Below, in pieces: positions 1-10,019 of a DNA stretch of 64,000 nucleotides. The notes under the pieces are model-generated. The model was not told where the DNA came from. It saw nothing but the letters and a program-made list of their open reading frames with translations, and did not search any database. Source of the DNA: Bacteroidota bacterium (GTDB lineage Bacteria > Bacteroidota > Bacteroidia > Flavobacteriales > Flavobacteriaceae); NCBI GenBank assembly GCA_023446155.1, contig JAEXIT010000005.1, positions 24,208 to 88,207 on the forward strand. Reading direction: 5' to 3'. The translations under genes and the position numbers were made by a program. How positions within the stretch are numbered: the first letter of the stretch is position 1; the number at the start of each line of letters is the position of its first letter.

Positions 1-1
1 A

Positions 2-559
2 GTTTGTGAAGGGCAACAATGGGATGTCGATTTCGAACAACGTGACGATGTAACCATTCCGGAATACCTGAAAATGATCGAATACAAAACTGCAGTTTTG
101 GTTGGAGCAGCCATGAAAATGGGTGCCATCGTAGCGGAAACAACCGTTGAAAACGCCGATCTGATCTACGATTTTGGATTGAATCTGGGAATTGCCTTCC
201 AGTTACAGGACGATTACCTGGATGCTTTTGGTGATCCGCTAACTTTTGGAAAACAGGTTGGTGGCGACATTATCGAAAACAAAAAAACCTATTTGTATTT
301 AAAAGCGGTTGAGTTTGCAAGTGCCGGAACAAAAGCCGAATTGCAACATTTGTTCTCCATTCAGCCGGTAGATAATAGCGATAAAATCACGTCGGTAAAA
401 AAGATTTTTATCGAAACGGGAGCGGCTAAAGTAACGCAGGAAGCCATTGAAGCTTATACGCTAAAGGCATTCGAAACACTTGAAAAGATGAATATCGCTG
501 CGGAGAAAAAACAGGAATTGAAAGATTTCGGGGAAAACCTGATGAAACGACAGGTATAA
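2..559 (+). CDS. Polyprenyl synthetase (trans-isoprenyl diphosphate synthase), 5'-truncated by window edge
   Basis: Frame open from position 2 (VCEGQQWDVDFE...). Contains KTA, AFQLQDDYLD (second Asp-rich motif) and GKQVGGDIIENKKT. Confidence 0.92.
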   Translation, partial: VCEGQQWDVDFEQRDDVTIPEYLKMIEYKTAVLVGAAMKMGAIVAETTVENADLIYDFGLNLGIAFQLQDDYLDAFGDPLTFGKQVGGDIIENKKTYLYLKAVEFASAGTKAELQHLFSIQPVDNSDKITSVKKIFIETGAAKVTQEAIEAYTLKAFETLEKMNIAAEKKQELKDFGENLMKRQV

Positions 560-561
560 TC

Positions 562-912
562 ATGTTTGTGGCGCCCTTAAATACCGATTTACTGCTTTCG
601 GAAGCACAAAAAGAAGACTTGTATCTAAAATTGGTAGAGCAGGTCAATAAAGACTTTAACCTGGCCAATGAAAGCCTTGATTTTGAGGTTTCAATCGCGC
701 CAATCGACTTAAAAGTGCGGTTGCATGATAAAATTTACCAGTTAATTCAGTTTAAATTTGCTGAATATCTAAACCTGTTGTACATCATCGACGTACCGGA
801 AGAGCAGGTAAAAAGTCTGGACGGTTCCGATTTGGTGGAATTGGCAGAACAGGTCACTTTTCTGGTCTTAAAACGCGAATGGCAAAAAGTCTGGTTTAGA
901 AATAAATTCTGA
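562..912 (+). CDS. Conserved hypothetical protein
   Basis: 116-aa ORF starting 2 bp after the upstream stop, so probably co-transcribed. Confidence 0.75.
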   Translation: MFVAPLNTDLLLSEAQKEDLYLKLVEQVNKDFNLANESLDFEVSIAPIDLKVRLHDKIYQLIQFKFAEYLNLLYIIDVPEEQVKSLDGSDLVELAEQVTFLVLKREWQKVWFRNKF

Positions 913-1447
913 CAAAAGGTAAGAACGCCTCGCTGTACACATTATTACTTTCTTTAAATAAAACATTGTAGCGAATACCTATGGTGAAGTTCTGTACGCG
1001 ATAACCTGCGCCCAGGAATAACGCGGTATTCCAGAAATCATCTTCAATATGCGGGTTGAATTGCGTATAGGTATTATTGACGCGAAGTTGCTCAAGTTCG
1101 GCCGATAATTGTATTTCCGGTAGCGGATTAAAAAGGGTGATAATACTCGCGCCATAGATATACGAATCGTAGTAGTTTTTTTGTTTGACATAACTCCCGC
1201 TAAGACCGACTCCGGCAGCGAAATACTCGTTCACCTGATAGACTGCACTTGGAGCGACGTTGATATTTGTAAAATTATTCCCAAAATTTAGCCCTAAACC
1301 GCCTCCAAACCGCACTCGTTGCCAAAAATCACTTTTTTGAGCCGTTTGTTGATAAACTTGTGCTTTTAATGTAGAAGTCATCATTAAATAAAAGACACAA
1401 CTTAAAAAAACTGTTAAAAAACTGTTGATGCTTGATTTGATGTTCAT
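896..1447 (-). CDS. Putative outer-membrane beta-barrel protein
   Basis: Probable start MNIKSS at 1447, signal-like N-terminus, amphipathic Gly/aromatic strands, C-terminal aromatic residue (VRIYF). Confidence 0.7.
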   Translation of the reverse strand: MNIKSSINSFLTVFLSCVFYLMMTSTLKAQVYQQTAQKSDFWQRVRFGGGLGLNFGNNFTNINVAPSAVYQVNEYFAAGVGLSGSYVKQKNYYDSYIYGASIITLFNPLPEIQLSAELEQLRVNNTYTQFNPHIEDDFWNTALFLGAGYRVQNFTIGIRYNVLFKESNNVYSEAFLPFVRIYF

Positions 1448-1485
1448 TTTTAGGAATATTTTATGACATAAAAGTATGAAAAACA

Positions 1486-1516
1486 TTGAAAGATTATTAC
1501 AATTGTCGTACTTTTG
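1486..1516 (+). promoter_or_regulatory. Bacteroidota housekeeping promoter for sucA (-33 TTG / -7 TACTTTTG)
   Basis: TAnnTTTG match at 1509-1516 with TTG 20 nt upstream, 40 nt before the sucA ATG. Confidence 0.6.
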
Positions 1517-1555
1517 CGAAAAATTTTCTAACAAAAAAGGTCTTTAGACAAAGTT

Positions 1556-4327
1556 ATGGATAGGTTTTCCTTTTTAAACGCGGCACACACTGCATTTTTT
1601 GCAGATTTATACGATCAATATTTACAAAATCCAGATAGCGTTGAACCAAGTTGGAGGAGCTTCTTCCAAGGGTTCGATTTTGCTAGCGAATATAGCGAAG
1701 GCCCGGTAGAACAACTATCGGCTATGGCAAACGGTCAGACCGACTGTTCTGCTGTTTCAAACAAACTTCAGAAAGAATTTAACGTTTTAAAGCTGATTGA
1801 AGGGTACCGTACCCGTGGTCATTTGTTTACCAAAACAAACCCGGTTCGCGACAGACGTATTTTTACGCCATCATTGGCGATTGAAAATTTCGGATTAACC
1901 ACAGCCGATCTAAACACTGTTTTCGATGCAGCTCGTGTAGTGAATCTAAACCCGTGCTCGCTTCAGGATATTTTAAACCACTTGAATAAAGTGTACTGCG
2001 AGTCTATCGGAGTGGAATATATGTATATCCGCGACCCGGAAGTGATCGAGTGGATTCAGAAAAGACTGGATATTAACGATAATCATCCCGACTTTAACGC
2101 GGATCAGAAAAAGCGTATCCTTAAAAAATTAAACGAAGCGGTTTCTTTCGAAAACTTCCTGCATACCAAATACGTTGGACAAAAACGTTTCTCTCTGGAA
2201 GGATGTGAGTCGGCAATCCCGGCATTGGATGCTTTGATTGAGACGGCAGCCGAAAAAGGAGTGGAGCAGTTTGTAATGGGGATGGCACACAGAGGTCGTT
2301 TGAATGTACTGGCAAATGTTTTCGGAAAAGCGACTCAGGATATCTTCTCGGAATTTGATGGAAAAGATTATGATGATGACGCGTTGTTCGATGGTGACGT
2401 AAAATACCACCTGGGATTAACGGCAACCCGAACGACACAAACCGGAAAAAATATCAATATTAACCTGGCGCCAAACCCGTCGCACTTAGAAACTGTTGGT
2501 GCTGTGATCGAAGGAATCGCCAGAGCCAAACAAGACCGTTATTTCCCGAACGATACGGCAAAAGTATTGCCAATCGCCGTTCACGGTGATGCTGCAGTAG
2601 CCGGACAGGGAATTGTATACGAAATCGTTCAGATGGCAAAACTGGACGGATATAAAACCAATGGTACGATCCACTTAGTGATCAACAATCAGGTTGGATT
2701 TACAACGAATTATTTGGATGCACGTTCATCAACCTATTGTACCGATATTGCCAAAGTAACCTTGTCGCCGGTATTACATGTAAATGCAGACGACGCGGAA
2801 GCAGTAGTACATGCGATGTTATTCGCTTTGGATTACCGTATGCAATTCGGAACCGATGTCTTTATCGACCTTTTAGGTTACCGTAAATACGGACATAACG
2901 AAGGTGATGAACCACGTTTTACGCAGCCACAACTTTATAAAATCATCTCGAAACATAAAAATGCAAGAGATATTTATGCTGAAAAATTAAAAGCCGAAAA
3001 TGTAATCGACGCGAATTATGTGGGTACATTGGAAGCCGAATATAAAGCGGGATTAGAAGAAAACTTAGAAGCGTCCCGTAAAAAAGATTTAACCATCATC
3101 ACACCGTTCATGCAGGACGAATGGAAAGGATTCGAACAGGTAAGTGATGAGGGAATGTTACAGCAATTCGACACGAAAGTAGACAAAGCGGTGTTGACCG
3201 ATATTGCTAAAGTCGTGACGGAACTACCGTCTGATAAGAAGTTTATCAGTAAAATCCAGAAATTGGTTAACGATCGTAAAACCATGTTCTTCGAAACGGA
3301 TAAGTTAGACTGGGCAATGGGTGAAATGTTAGCCTATGGTTCTTTACTAACCGAAGGATACGATGTGCGTATCTCCGGTCAGGATGTGGAACGAGGAACG
3401 TTCTCACACCGTCATGCGGTGGTTAAAGTGGAAGATTCCGAAGAAGAAGTGGTATTGTTAAACCAGTTAAAAGACCAAAAAGGAAAATTCTATATCTATA
3501 ATTCACTATTGTCGGAATACGGAGTAGTAGGTTTCGATTACGGATATGCCTTAGCAAGCCCGAATACCTTAACGATCTGGGAAGCCCAATTCGGAGATTT
3601 CTCGAATGGAGCACAGATTATGCTTGATCAATACATTTCGGCTGCGGAAGATAAATGGAACAACCAAAACGGATTGGTGATGTTATTGCCACACGGATAT
3701 GAAAACCAGGGAGCGGAGCACTCTTCGGCACGTATGGAACGTTATTTACAGTTGTGTGCAAAACACAATATGTATGTAGCCGATTGTACCACTCCGGCGA
3801 ACTTCTTCCACTTGTTGCGTAGACAAATGGTGACGAAATTCCGTAAACCGTTGATCGTGTTTACTCCGAAAAGTTTATTGCGTCATCCGTTAGCGGTTTC
3901 TTCTGTGGAAGAATTTGCAACCGGAAACTTCCAGGAAGTGATCGACGATGTAACGGTAAACCCGAACGATGTAAAATCGGTAGTATTCTGTACCGGTAAA
4001 TTCTACTACGACCTATTGGCCGAAAGAGAGGAAAAAGGAAGAAACGATGTGGCTTTGGTGCGAATCGAACAATTATTCCCGTTACCGGTAGAACAATTAA
4101 AAGCGGTATTGGCGAAATATCCAAATGCAGACGATTACGTTTGGGCACAGGAAGAGCCTAAAAACATGGGAGCTTATGGTTATATGTTAATGAATTTTGA
4201 CGAAGTTAAATTCCGATTGGCATCACCAAAAGCCTACAGTGCGCCGGCTGCAGGAAGTTATACCCGTTCTAAAAAACGTCATGCCAATGCAATTGCGATG
4301 GTTTTTGACAAAAATTTATTCAATTAA
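1556..4327 (+). CDS. sucA: 2-oxoglutarate dehydrogenase E1
   Basis: KRFSLEG, GMAHRGRLN, GDVKYHLG, HGDAA TPP motif, WEAQFGDF. Confidence 0.98.
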   Translation: MDRFSFLNAAHTAFFADLYDQYLQNPDSVEPSWRSFFQGFDFASEYSEGPVEQLSAMANGQTDCSAVSNKLQKEFNVLKLIEGYRTRGHLFTKTNPVRDRRIFTPSLAIENFGLTTADLNTVFDAARVVNLNPCSLQDILNHLNKVYCESIGVEYMYIRDPEVIEWIQKRLDINDNHPDFNADQKKRILKKLNEAVSFENFLHTKYVGQKRFSLEGCESAIPALDALIETAAEKGVEQFVMGMAHRGRLNVLANVFGKATQDIFSEFDGKDYDDDALFDGDVKYHLGLTATRTTQTGKNININLAPNPSHLETVGAVIEGIARAKQDRYFPNDTAKVLPIAVHGDAAVAGQGIVYEIVQMAKLDGYKTNGTIHLVINNQVGFTTNYLDARSSTYCTDIAKVTLSPVLHVNADDAEAVVHAMLFALDYRMQFGTDVFIDLLGYRKYGHNEGDEPRFTQPQLYKIISKHKNARDIYAEKLKAENVIDANYVGTLEAEYKAGLEENLEASRKKDLTIITPFMQDEWKGFEQVSDEGMLQQFDTKVDKAVLTDIAKVVTELPSDKKFISKIQKLVNDRKTMFFETDKLDWAMGEMLAYGSLLTEGYDVRISGQDVERGTFSHRHAVVKVEDSEEEVVLLNQLKDQKGKFYIYNSLLSEYGVVGFDYGYALASPNTLTIWEAQFGDFSNGAQIMLDQYISAAEDKWNNQNGLVMLLPHGYENQGAEHSSARMERYLQLCAKHNMYVADCTTPANFFHLLRRQMVTKFRKPLIVFTPKSLLRHPLAVSSVEEFATGNFQEVIDDVTVNPNDVKSVVFCTGKFYYDLLAEREEKGRNDVALVRIEQLFPLPVEQLKAVLAKYPNADDYVWAQEEPKNMGAYGYMLMNFDEVKFRLASPKAYSAPAAGSYTRSKKRHANAIAMVFDKNLFN

Positions 4328-4382
4328 ATTGTACATTTGAAATTCAGATAAAAATAACAACACCTTATAAAATTATATACCG

Positions 4383-5603
4383 ATGATTTTAGAAATGAAA
4401 GTCCCTTCACCGGGGGAATCGATCACAGAAGTTGAAATCGCAACGTGGTTGGTAAAAGACGGAGATTATGTAGAAAAAGATCAGGCTATTGCAGAGGTTG
4501 ATTCCGATAAGGCGACCCTGGAATTACCAGCGGAAGCAAGTGGTATTATTACCCTTAAAGCAGAAGAAGGTGACGCCGTTGCAGTAGGTCAGGTAGTTTG
4601 TTTAATCGATACAGGAGCCGCAAAACCGGAAGGTGGCGCAGCAGCACCTGCAAAAGAAGAAAAAGCGGCTGAGGCTCCTAAGGCAGAAGCGCCAAAAGCA
4701 GCTCCGGCACCGGCAGCTACTACATATGCTACGGGAACACCATCTCCGGCAGCACGAAAAATTCTTGACGAAAAAAGCATTCAGCCTACAGAAATCGTTG
4801 GTACAGGTAAAGGTGGAAGAATAACAAAAGAAGATGCGGTAAATGCAGTTCCATCAATGGGTACGCCTACAGGTGGAAGCAGAGGATCGGAAAGAACAAA
4901 ATTATCCATGTTGCGTCGTAAAGTGGCGGAAAGATTGGTTTCGGCTAAAAACGAAACAGCGATGCTAACGACGTTCAACGAAGTGGATATGAGTGCGATC
5001 TATGCATTACGCGAAGAATATAAAGAGGCTTTCAAAGCAAAACACGGATTGGGATTAGGATTTATGTCGTTCTTTACCAAAGCGGTTACCAGAGCGTTAC
5101 AACTATACCCGGATGTAAACTCAATGATCGACGGACAAGAGAAAATCTCATACGATTTCTGTGATATTTCCGTAGCGGTTTCTGGTCCGAAAGGATTAAT
5201 GGTGCCGGTGGTGCGTAATGCAGAATTATTGACTTTCAGAGGTGTGGAAGCCGAAATCAAACGTTTGGCGATTCGTGCACGTGACGGACAAATCACGGTA
5301 GATGAAATGACAGGCGGTACGTTTACCATTTCAAACGGAGGGGTATTCGGAAGTATGTTGTCAACACCAATCATCAACCCACCGCAATCCGGTATCTTAG
5401 GAATGCACAATGTGGTAGAACGCGCGGTAGTTAAAAACGGTCAGATCGTTATTGCTCCTGTGATGTTTGTAGCCCTGTCATATGATCATAGAATTATTGA
5501 CGGCCGTGAATCAGTTGGATTCTTAGTGGCTGTAAAAGAAGCGTTGGAAAACCCTGTAGAAATCTTAATGGATAACAATCCTAAAAAAGCTTTAGAGCTA
5601 TAA
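4383..5603 (+). CDS. sucB: 2-oxoglutarate dehydrogenase E2 (dihydrolipoyl succinyltransferase)
   Basis: Lipoyl domain DSDKA, E3-binding GTGKGGRITKED, catalytic DHRIIDG; follows sucA. Confidence 0.98.
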   Translation: MILEMKVPSPGESITEVEIATWLVKDGDYVEKDQAIAEVDSDKATLELPAEASGIITLKAEEGDAVAVGQVVCLIDTGAAKPEGGAAAPAKEEKAAEAPKAEAPKAAPAPAATTYATGTPSPAARKILDEKSIQPTEIVGTGKGGRITKEDAVNAVPSMGTPTGGSRGSERTKLSMLRRKVAERLVSAKNETAMLTTFNEVDMSAIYALREEYKEAFKAKHGLGLGFMSFFTKAVTRALQLYPDVNSMIDGQEKISYDFCDISVAVSGPKGLMVPVVRNAELLTFRGVEAEIKRLAIRARDGQITVDEMTGGTFTISNGGVFGSMLSTPIINPPQSGILGMHNVVERAVVKNGQIVIAPVMFVALSYDHRIIDGRESVGFLVAVKEALENPVEILMDNNPKKALEL

Positions 5604-5622
5604 TTGAGAGCTTCGATACGAT

Positions 5623-5654
5623 AAAAAAAGCCACGCCATTCGCGTGGCTTTTTT
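5623..5654 (+). terminator. Intrinsic terminator after sucB
   Basis: AAAAAAAGCCACG-loop-CGTGGCTTTTTT hairpin. Confidence 0.85.
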
Positions 5655-5762
5655 ATGTTTGCTGCCCAACGATTTAAAAAAGATAGTAGAACCTTAAAAA
5701 GAAAAAATACGAACAGAAGCAAAAAAGAATATTTTTGTGACGGATTAGTAAGAAAAAAATAG

Positions 5763-6980
5763 ATGAAACAGAAACAAAAATCGGCAGCGATTGGTTTTAT
5801 ATTTATAACCATGCTCATCGATATTACCGGTTGGGGGATTATCATTCCGGTGATCCCAAAACTGATCGAAGAGTTAATACAAGGCGACGTTAGTGTGGCT
5901 TCGAAATACGGAGGATGGCTGACATTTGCCTATGCGTTTACTCAATTTATCTTCGCTCCGGTGGTCGGGAATCTGAGTGATAAATACGGACGACGACCTG
6001 TTATATTGGTTTCCCTTTTGGGATTTGCACTCGATTACCTGTTGCTTTCGTTCGCACCAACCATCACCTGGTTGTTTATCGGACGGATCCTGGCTGGAGT
6101 TACGGGAGCGAGTATTACCACTGCTTCAGCCTATATTGCCGATATCAGTACCACTGAAGACCGGGCGAAAAACTTCGGAATGATCGGAGCGGCTTTTGGC
6201 CTTGGATTTATCATCGGACCGGTAATTGGTGGTGTTTTAGGACAATATGGCGCACGGGTTCCGTTTTATGCGGCTGCTGTTTTGTGTGCGATCAATTTCC
6301 TGTACGGAATGTTTGTCCTCCCGGAATCGCTAGCCAAAGAAAACCGTCGTCCTTTCGATTGGAAAAGAGCAAACCCGATAGGGTCGTTGTTGAATCTGAA
6401 AAAATACCCGTCTTTAATCGGATTGGTGGTGTCGATGATGATATTATACATCGCATCACATGCGGTACACAGTAACTGGAGTTTCTTTACGATGTATCGT
6501 TTTCATTGGGATGAAAAGATGGTTGGGATTTCATTAGGAGCCATCGGATTGCTGGTTGGTTTGGTTCAGGGCGGCCTGATTCGATGGATCAATCCGAAAC
6601 TTGGAAATGAGAAAAGTATTTACGTAGGAATGTTTTTGTATACCATTGGAATGTTTCTGTTTGCCTTTGCTTATGAAGGATGGATGATGTTGATGTTCCT
6701 GGTGCCATACTGTTTGGGCGGTATCGCCGGCCCAGCATTACAATCGGTAATCACGAGTCATGTGCCACCAACGGAACAAGGCGAATTACAGGGGACTCTA
6801 ACGAGTTTAATGAGTGTGACGGCCATTATAGGACCGCCATTAATGACCAATACGTTTTACTTTTTTACCCACGATGAAGCGCCGTTTCAATTTCCCGGTG
6901 CACCATTCCTGTTAGGAGGTATTTTGATGTTGATCAGTACGATAATATCGTATTTGGTATTCCGGAAAGGGAAATTGTAA
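5763..6980 (+). CDS. TCR/Tet-family MFS transporter
   Basis: Motif [30 protein letters not shown]; about 12 hydrophobic segments. Confidence 0.92.
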   Translation: MKQKQKSAAIGFIFITMLIDITGWGIIIPVIPKLIEELIQGDVSVASKYGGWLTFAYAFTQFIFAPVVGNLSDKYGRRPVILVSLLGFALDYLLLSFAPTITWLFIGRILAGVTGASITTASAYIADISTTEDRAKNFGMIGAAFGLGFIIGPVIGGVLGQYGARVPFYAAAVLCAINFLYGMFVLPESLAKENRRPFDWKRANPIGSLLNLKKYPSLIGLVVSMMILYIASHAVHSNWSFFTMYRFHWDEKMVGISLGAIGLLVGLVQGGLIRWINPKLGNEKSIYVGMFLYTIGMFLFAFAYEGWMMLMFLVPYCLGGIAGPALQSVITSHVPPTEQGELQGTLTSLMSVTAIIGPPLMTNTFYFFTHDEAPFQFPGAPFLLGGILMLISTIISYLVFRKGKL

Positions 6981-7003
6981 TACAATATAGTTCGTTTACA
7001 ATA

Positions 7004-7036
7004 AAAAACCTGTCAGTTCTATTCTGACAGGTTTTT
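7004..7036. terminator. Bidirectional intrinsic terminator
   Basis: AAAAACCTGTCAG...CTGACAGGTTTTT between convergent genes. Confidence 0.85.
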
Positions 7037-7040
7037 GTTT

Positions 7041-7865
7041 TTAGGCTTCAATTTTCTGAAGCATATTAAGCGATGCTTCCAAACTGAGATTGTGGTAATC
7101 CGGATTATAGTTGTCCCAGATTTTCCAAGTGTTATGTCGTTTTTTGATAAAATACGTCTGTGAATTTTCCTTGTTATAGGTAGTACTAATCGTACCGGTT
7201 GCATCGCGCCATTCCAGATTCCAGCGTTCTTTGGCCGAAATAACCGTCAGCGCATCGTCAATACGGGTAATCCGGAAATCATAGATTTCAAATTTCGACC
7301 GATTGTTATCAATGTTGAGAAAGAGATTTAATTGGGCATATTTTTCCAGTAATCGGGTGATGCGTTGGGTTAGGGGGCCGTCTTCAAAAATAAAATCAGA
7401 TAAACGACTTAGGTTTATTTCCGGAAGTTTCTGCAGGCATCGAAATTCGTCTTCGCAAAACTGATGGATTAGATGTTCAAAATAAGCCGAGTGTTCGTCG
7501 TTATTTTGGAACAAAGGAATTGAATGGATTTTCTCCTTGTGATTGGCTATAAAACTGTTTAGAGAGGCATAACCGATAAAAATGGCCAATTTGTCCAGGG
7601 TTTTTAGAAAACGCAAATCGGAGTTTTCTTTTGACTCATAGTCGTTGGTGAAAATACGGTGTAAGGTGGTACTCGAAATAGTGGTTCCCAGTTCGTTTTT
7701 CCGGTTTCCCTGTAAATATTCCGACCGCGATAAGGTGTCGGCAATAAGCTCCGAAAGGATGATGTACTGGGCTCGTTTCCATGATTTGACACTAGATAAG
7801 GTACTGTTAAGAACGGAAGGATGGGTTTGAATTCCTTTTTTGAGTTGCTCAATAATCAGTTTCAT
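7041..7865 (-). CDS. Hypothetical protein, probable N-terminal HTH-like domain
   Basis: 274-aa ORF. TISSTTLHRIF...TLDKLAIFIGY resembles XRE-like HTH segments. Confidence 0.6.
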   Translation of the reverse strand: MKLIIEQLKKGIQTHPSVLNSTLSSVKSWKRAQYIILSELIADTLSRSEYLQGNRKNELGTTISSTTLHRIFTNDYESKENSDLRFLKTLDKLAIFIGYASLNSFIANHKEKIHSIPLFQNNDEHSAYFEHLIHQFCEDEFRCLQKLPEINLSRLSDFIFEDGPLTQRITRLLEKYAQLNLFLNIDNNRSKFEIYDFRITRIDDALTVISAKERWNLEWRDATGTISTTYNKENSQTYFIKKRHNTWKIWDNYNPDYHNLSLEASLNMLQKIEA

Positions 7866-8162
7866 TTTTTAGTTAGTTAAGATTGGGTTAGCTTTTAATT
7901 TATTTTGGATTTAGTGTCATTAAATAAAATAAATCAGTATGCCTATTTTGTTTGGTAATTAGCTGGTGTTTTAACAAAATATATGTAAATATAAATAAAT
8001 TTAACTGATTTGGTTGAAGTTTTATTTTGTCTTTTGTGTGTGAAATAATTTTTATAAAGAAGATTGAAAAATGGAAAAAGATTCAAAAACTGTAAGAAAA
8101 AGATGGAAATGAAAGCAGAATCATACAAGGTGACGGGATGTCTTTTTGAGGATGTAACAACA

Positions 8163-8191
8163 AAAAACGGAACCTTTTGAGTTCCGTTTTT
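8163..8191 (-). terminator. Intrinsic terminator
   Basis: AAAAACGGAAC-loop-GTTCCGTTTTT downstream of the 8251 gene. Confidence 0.75.
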
Positions 8192-8250
8192 AAATGATTG
8201 GCTTTATTGATTTCCTATTCGCAATAAACGATGGTACATAGAAAAATAGC

Positions 8251-9744
8251 TTAGAATGGGAAAATAGGAGTCAGCGTCATTGAAGGATCGGCATCATTTT
8301 TACGATATTCATCCTGATACGTCAACGGAACTAAGTTCCATTCTCCCTTGTCTTTAAACTCTTTAACAATACTTTGTATGGATTCTTTAGCTGCTTCCCT
8401 GTCGGGATTTCTTAAGTGGGTTGCTGTTTGCCATTTCTTCGAAACAGGCTTGATGCTCACCAATAAAATTTCTTCTAAATTCAGTTGTAATTTTTGCGGA
8501 ACGGTTTGAGAAGCTACACCTAGTAAAACCACAAAACCATCCTCCTCTATAAAATCTTTTGGAGTCAAAAAGCTTGATAAATCCTGATTGGCATTGTTTT
8601 CTTTATTGACCCAAAGCTCAACGCTTTCTTCGCTAAATTGTATAGGCGCTTCTCCGTGATTTTCCATTAACGGTTTAAAGTTACCCTGGCCAATTGCCAT
8701 TTGAGAAGTTCTGTTTATAAGGGCTACGGCAAAATGTTCGTGAATTACTTCATACGGAATAGCACCGTGAAATTCCATATATAATTCTGCCCCAATCCCG
8801 TTATATTCAAGATCTCCATCTTCATTGGGATCGCTGTAAATATCGGAAAGCCCGTCCGTAATTAAAATAGTAGATTCTGGTGCATAGATAACCCTCATTG
8901 TGCAGGAATTGTGAGTGGAACTGGATCCTGGCCATGAATGATTGCTGTCATCTACTCTTAAATAAATAATACGGTCCTCTAATTTTCCTAAAGAATTAAA
9001 AAAGTCATGTCTTTGTTTTTTGCATTCTTCCGAAGCCTCTTTTCGTTTTTTATAGTCCGGATCTAATTCAATTTGAGATACCGTTAGAGGCTCTAATCCA
9101 TACGTTTCAAATGCCGGATCGGTTTTTGCTTTTATAGTGTCATTTTCATAGATAAAATAAAGACGCTCTATTTTTTCCTCTAATTGATGGTAAATAGAAA
9201 GAATGTCTTCTTTCTGTCCAAAATGATCAAATGAACTTATTTGATCATCATAATAATAAGTTGCATCAGTAAACATTCCTATTTCATCAGCTTCTTTTTT
9301 AAAATGAAACAATGCTTCTGCTTTATAGGAGGAAGCCAGGTCGTCGCAATCCGACAATTTCCGTAAAGTACTTATCGTTTTATCTTTTATATTTTCAAGC
9401 AACATTGGGATCGTGTATTTTTCTGCGTTAATCAGTTCTCCTTTTTTAAAAGTGTATTTTATTTTGGAATGTTCAGGGAAAAAATCAGAAAGTTTAAAAA
9501 GATGACAGGCATCAATTGGGATAATATGTGCTATAATTTCTTCCGGAGTATATTTTTCTGAATAATAAGAGCTGTGGCGAATGCCATTTTCGTAAAAATA
9601 AATGCGTCCGCGGGAACTTCCGTATGCCGTTTTAAGGGCTTCAAAATGATAGGTACGGCCTTCAACCAATAATGGGGTTATTTTTTCAGAAAGTGCCACA
9701 ATTATTTTTTGTGCTTCCTCAGAATTCAGGTATTCGTTTTTCAT
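8251..9744 (-). CDS. Hypothetical protein with C-terminal SUFU-like (immunity-type) domain
   Basis: Probable ATG at 9744 (MKNEYL). ILITDGLSD...NGIGAELYME resembles the SUFU T-x-G-L-S...G-x-G-x-E-L pattern. Confidence 0.55.
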   Translation of the reverse strand: MKNEYLNSEEAQKIIVALSEKITPLLVEGRTYHFEALKTAYGSSRGRIYFYENGIRHSSYYSEKYTPEEIIAHIIPIDACHLFKLSDFFPEHSKIKYTFKKGELINAEKYTIPMLLENIKDKTISTLRKLSDCDDLASSYKAEALFHFKKEADEIGMFTDATYYYDDQISSFDHFGQKEDILSIYHQLEEKIERLYFIYENDTIKAKTDPAFETYGLEPLTVSQIELDPDYKKRKEASEECKKQRHDFFNSLGKLEDRIIYLRVDDSNHSWPGSSSTHNSCTMRVIYAPESTILITDGLSDIYSDPNEDGDLEYNGIGAELYMEFHGAIPYEVIHEHFAVALINRTSQMAIGQGNFKPLMENHGEAPIQFSEESVELWVNKENNANQDLSSFLTPKDFIEEDGFVVLLGVASQTVPQKLQLNLEEILLVSIKPVSKKWQTATHLRNPDREAAKESIQSIVKEFKDKGEWNLVPLTYQDEYRKNDADPSMTLTPIFPF

Positions 9745-9989
9745 ACGATATTGTTTTTTCAGGTTGGCAAGAATTGTAAAACAGACGAGATAAATCTCGT
9801 ACATTTTCCGACTGGAAAAATAGCACAAAAATGTAACGGTTTAAAAAAAATGTAAGAAAAAAGTATGATTATAAGTTTGTTAAAAAAGCGTGGATTCGAT
9901 AGTTTAAACGATAACCCAAAGTGGATGTCGGGGTTTAATACGTAAAAGATGGATCAGGATATATTTAGTGCCGAAATTCAATAAAGAAT

Positions 9990-10014
9990 AAAGCCTCCGT
10001 TATTGGGAGGCTTT
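9990..10014 (-). terminator. Intrinsic terminator
   Basis: AAAGCCTCC-loop-GGAGGCTTT just past the 10020 stop. Confidence 0.7.
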
Positions 10015-10019
10015 GTTCT

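Noticed and set aside
5763..6980. Acquired tetracycline resistance gene
   Set aside because: A chromosomal TCR/Tet-family MFS next to sucB with no mobile context or TetR; the substrate cannot be inferred.
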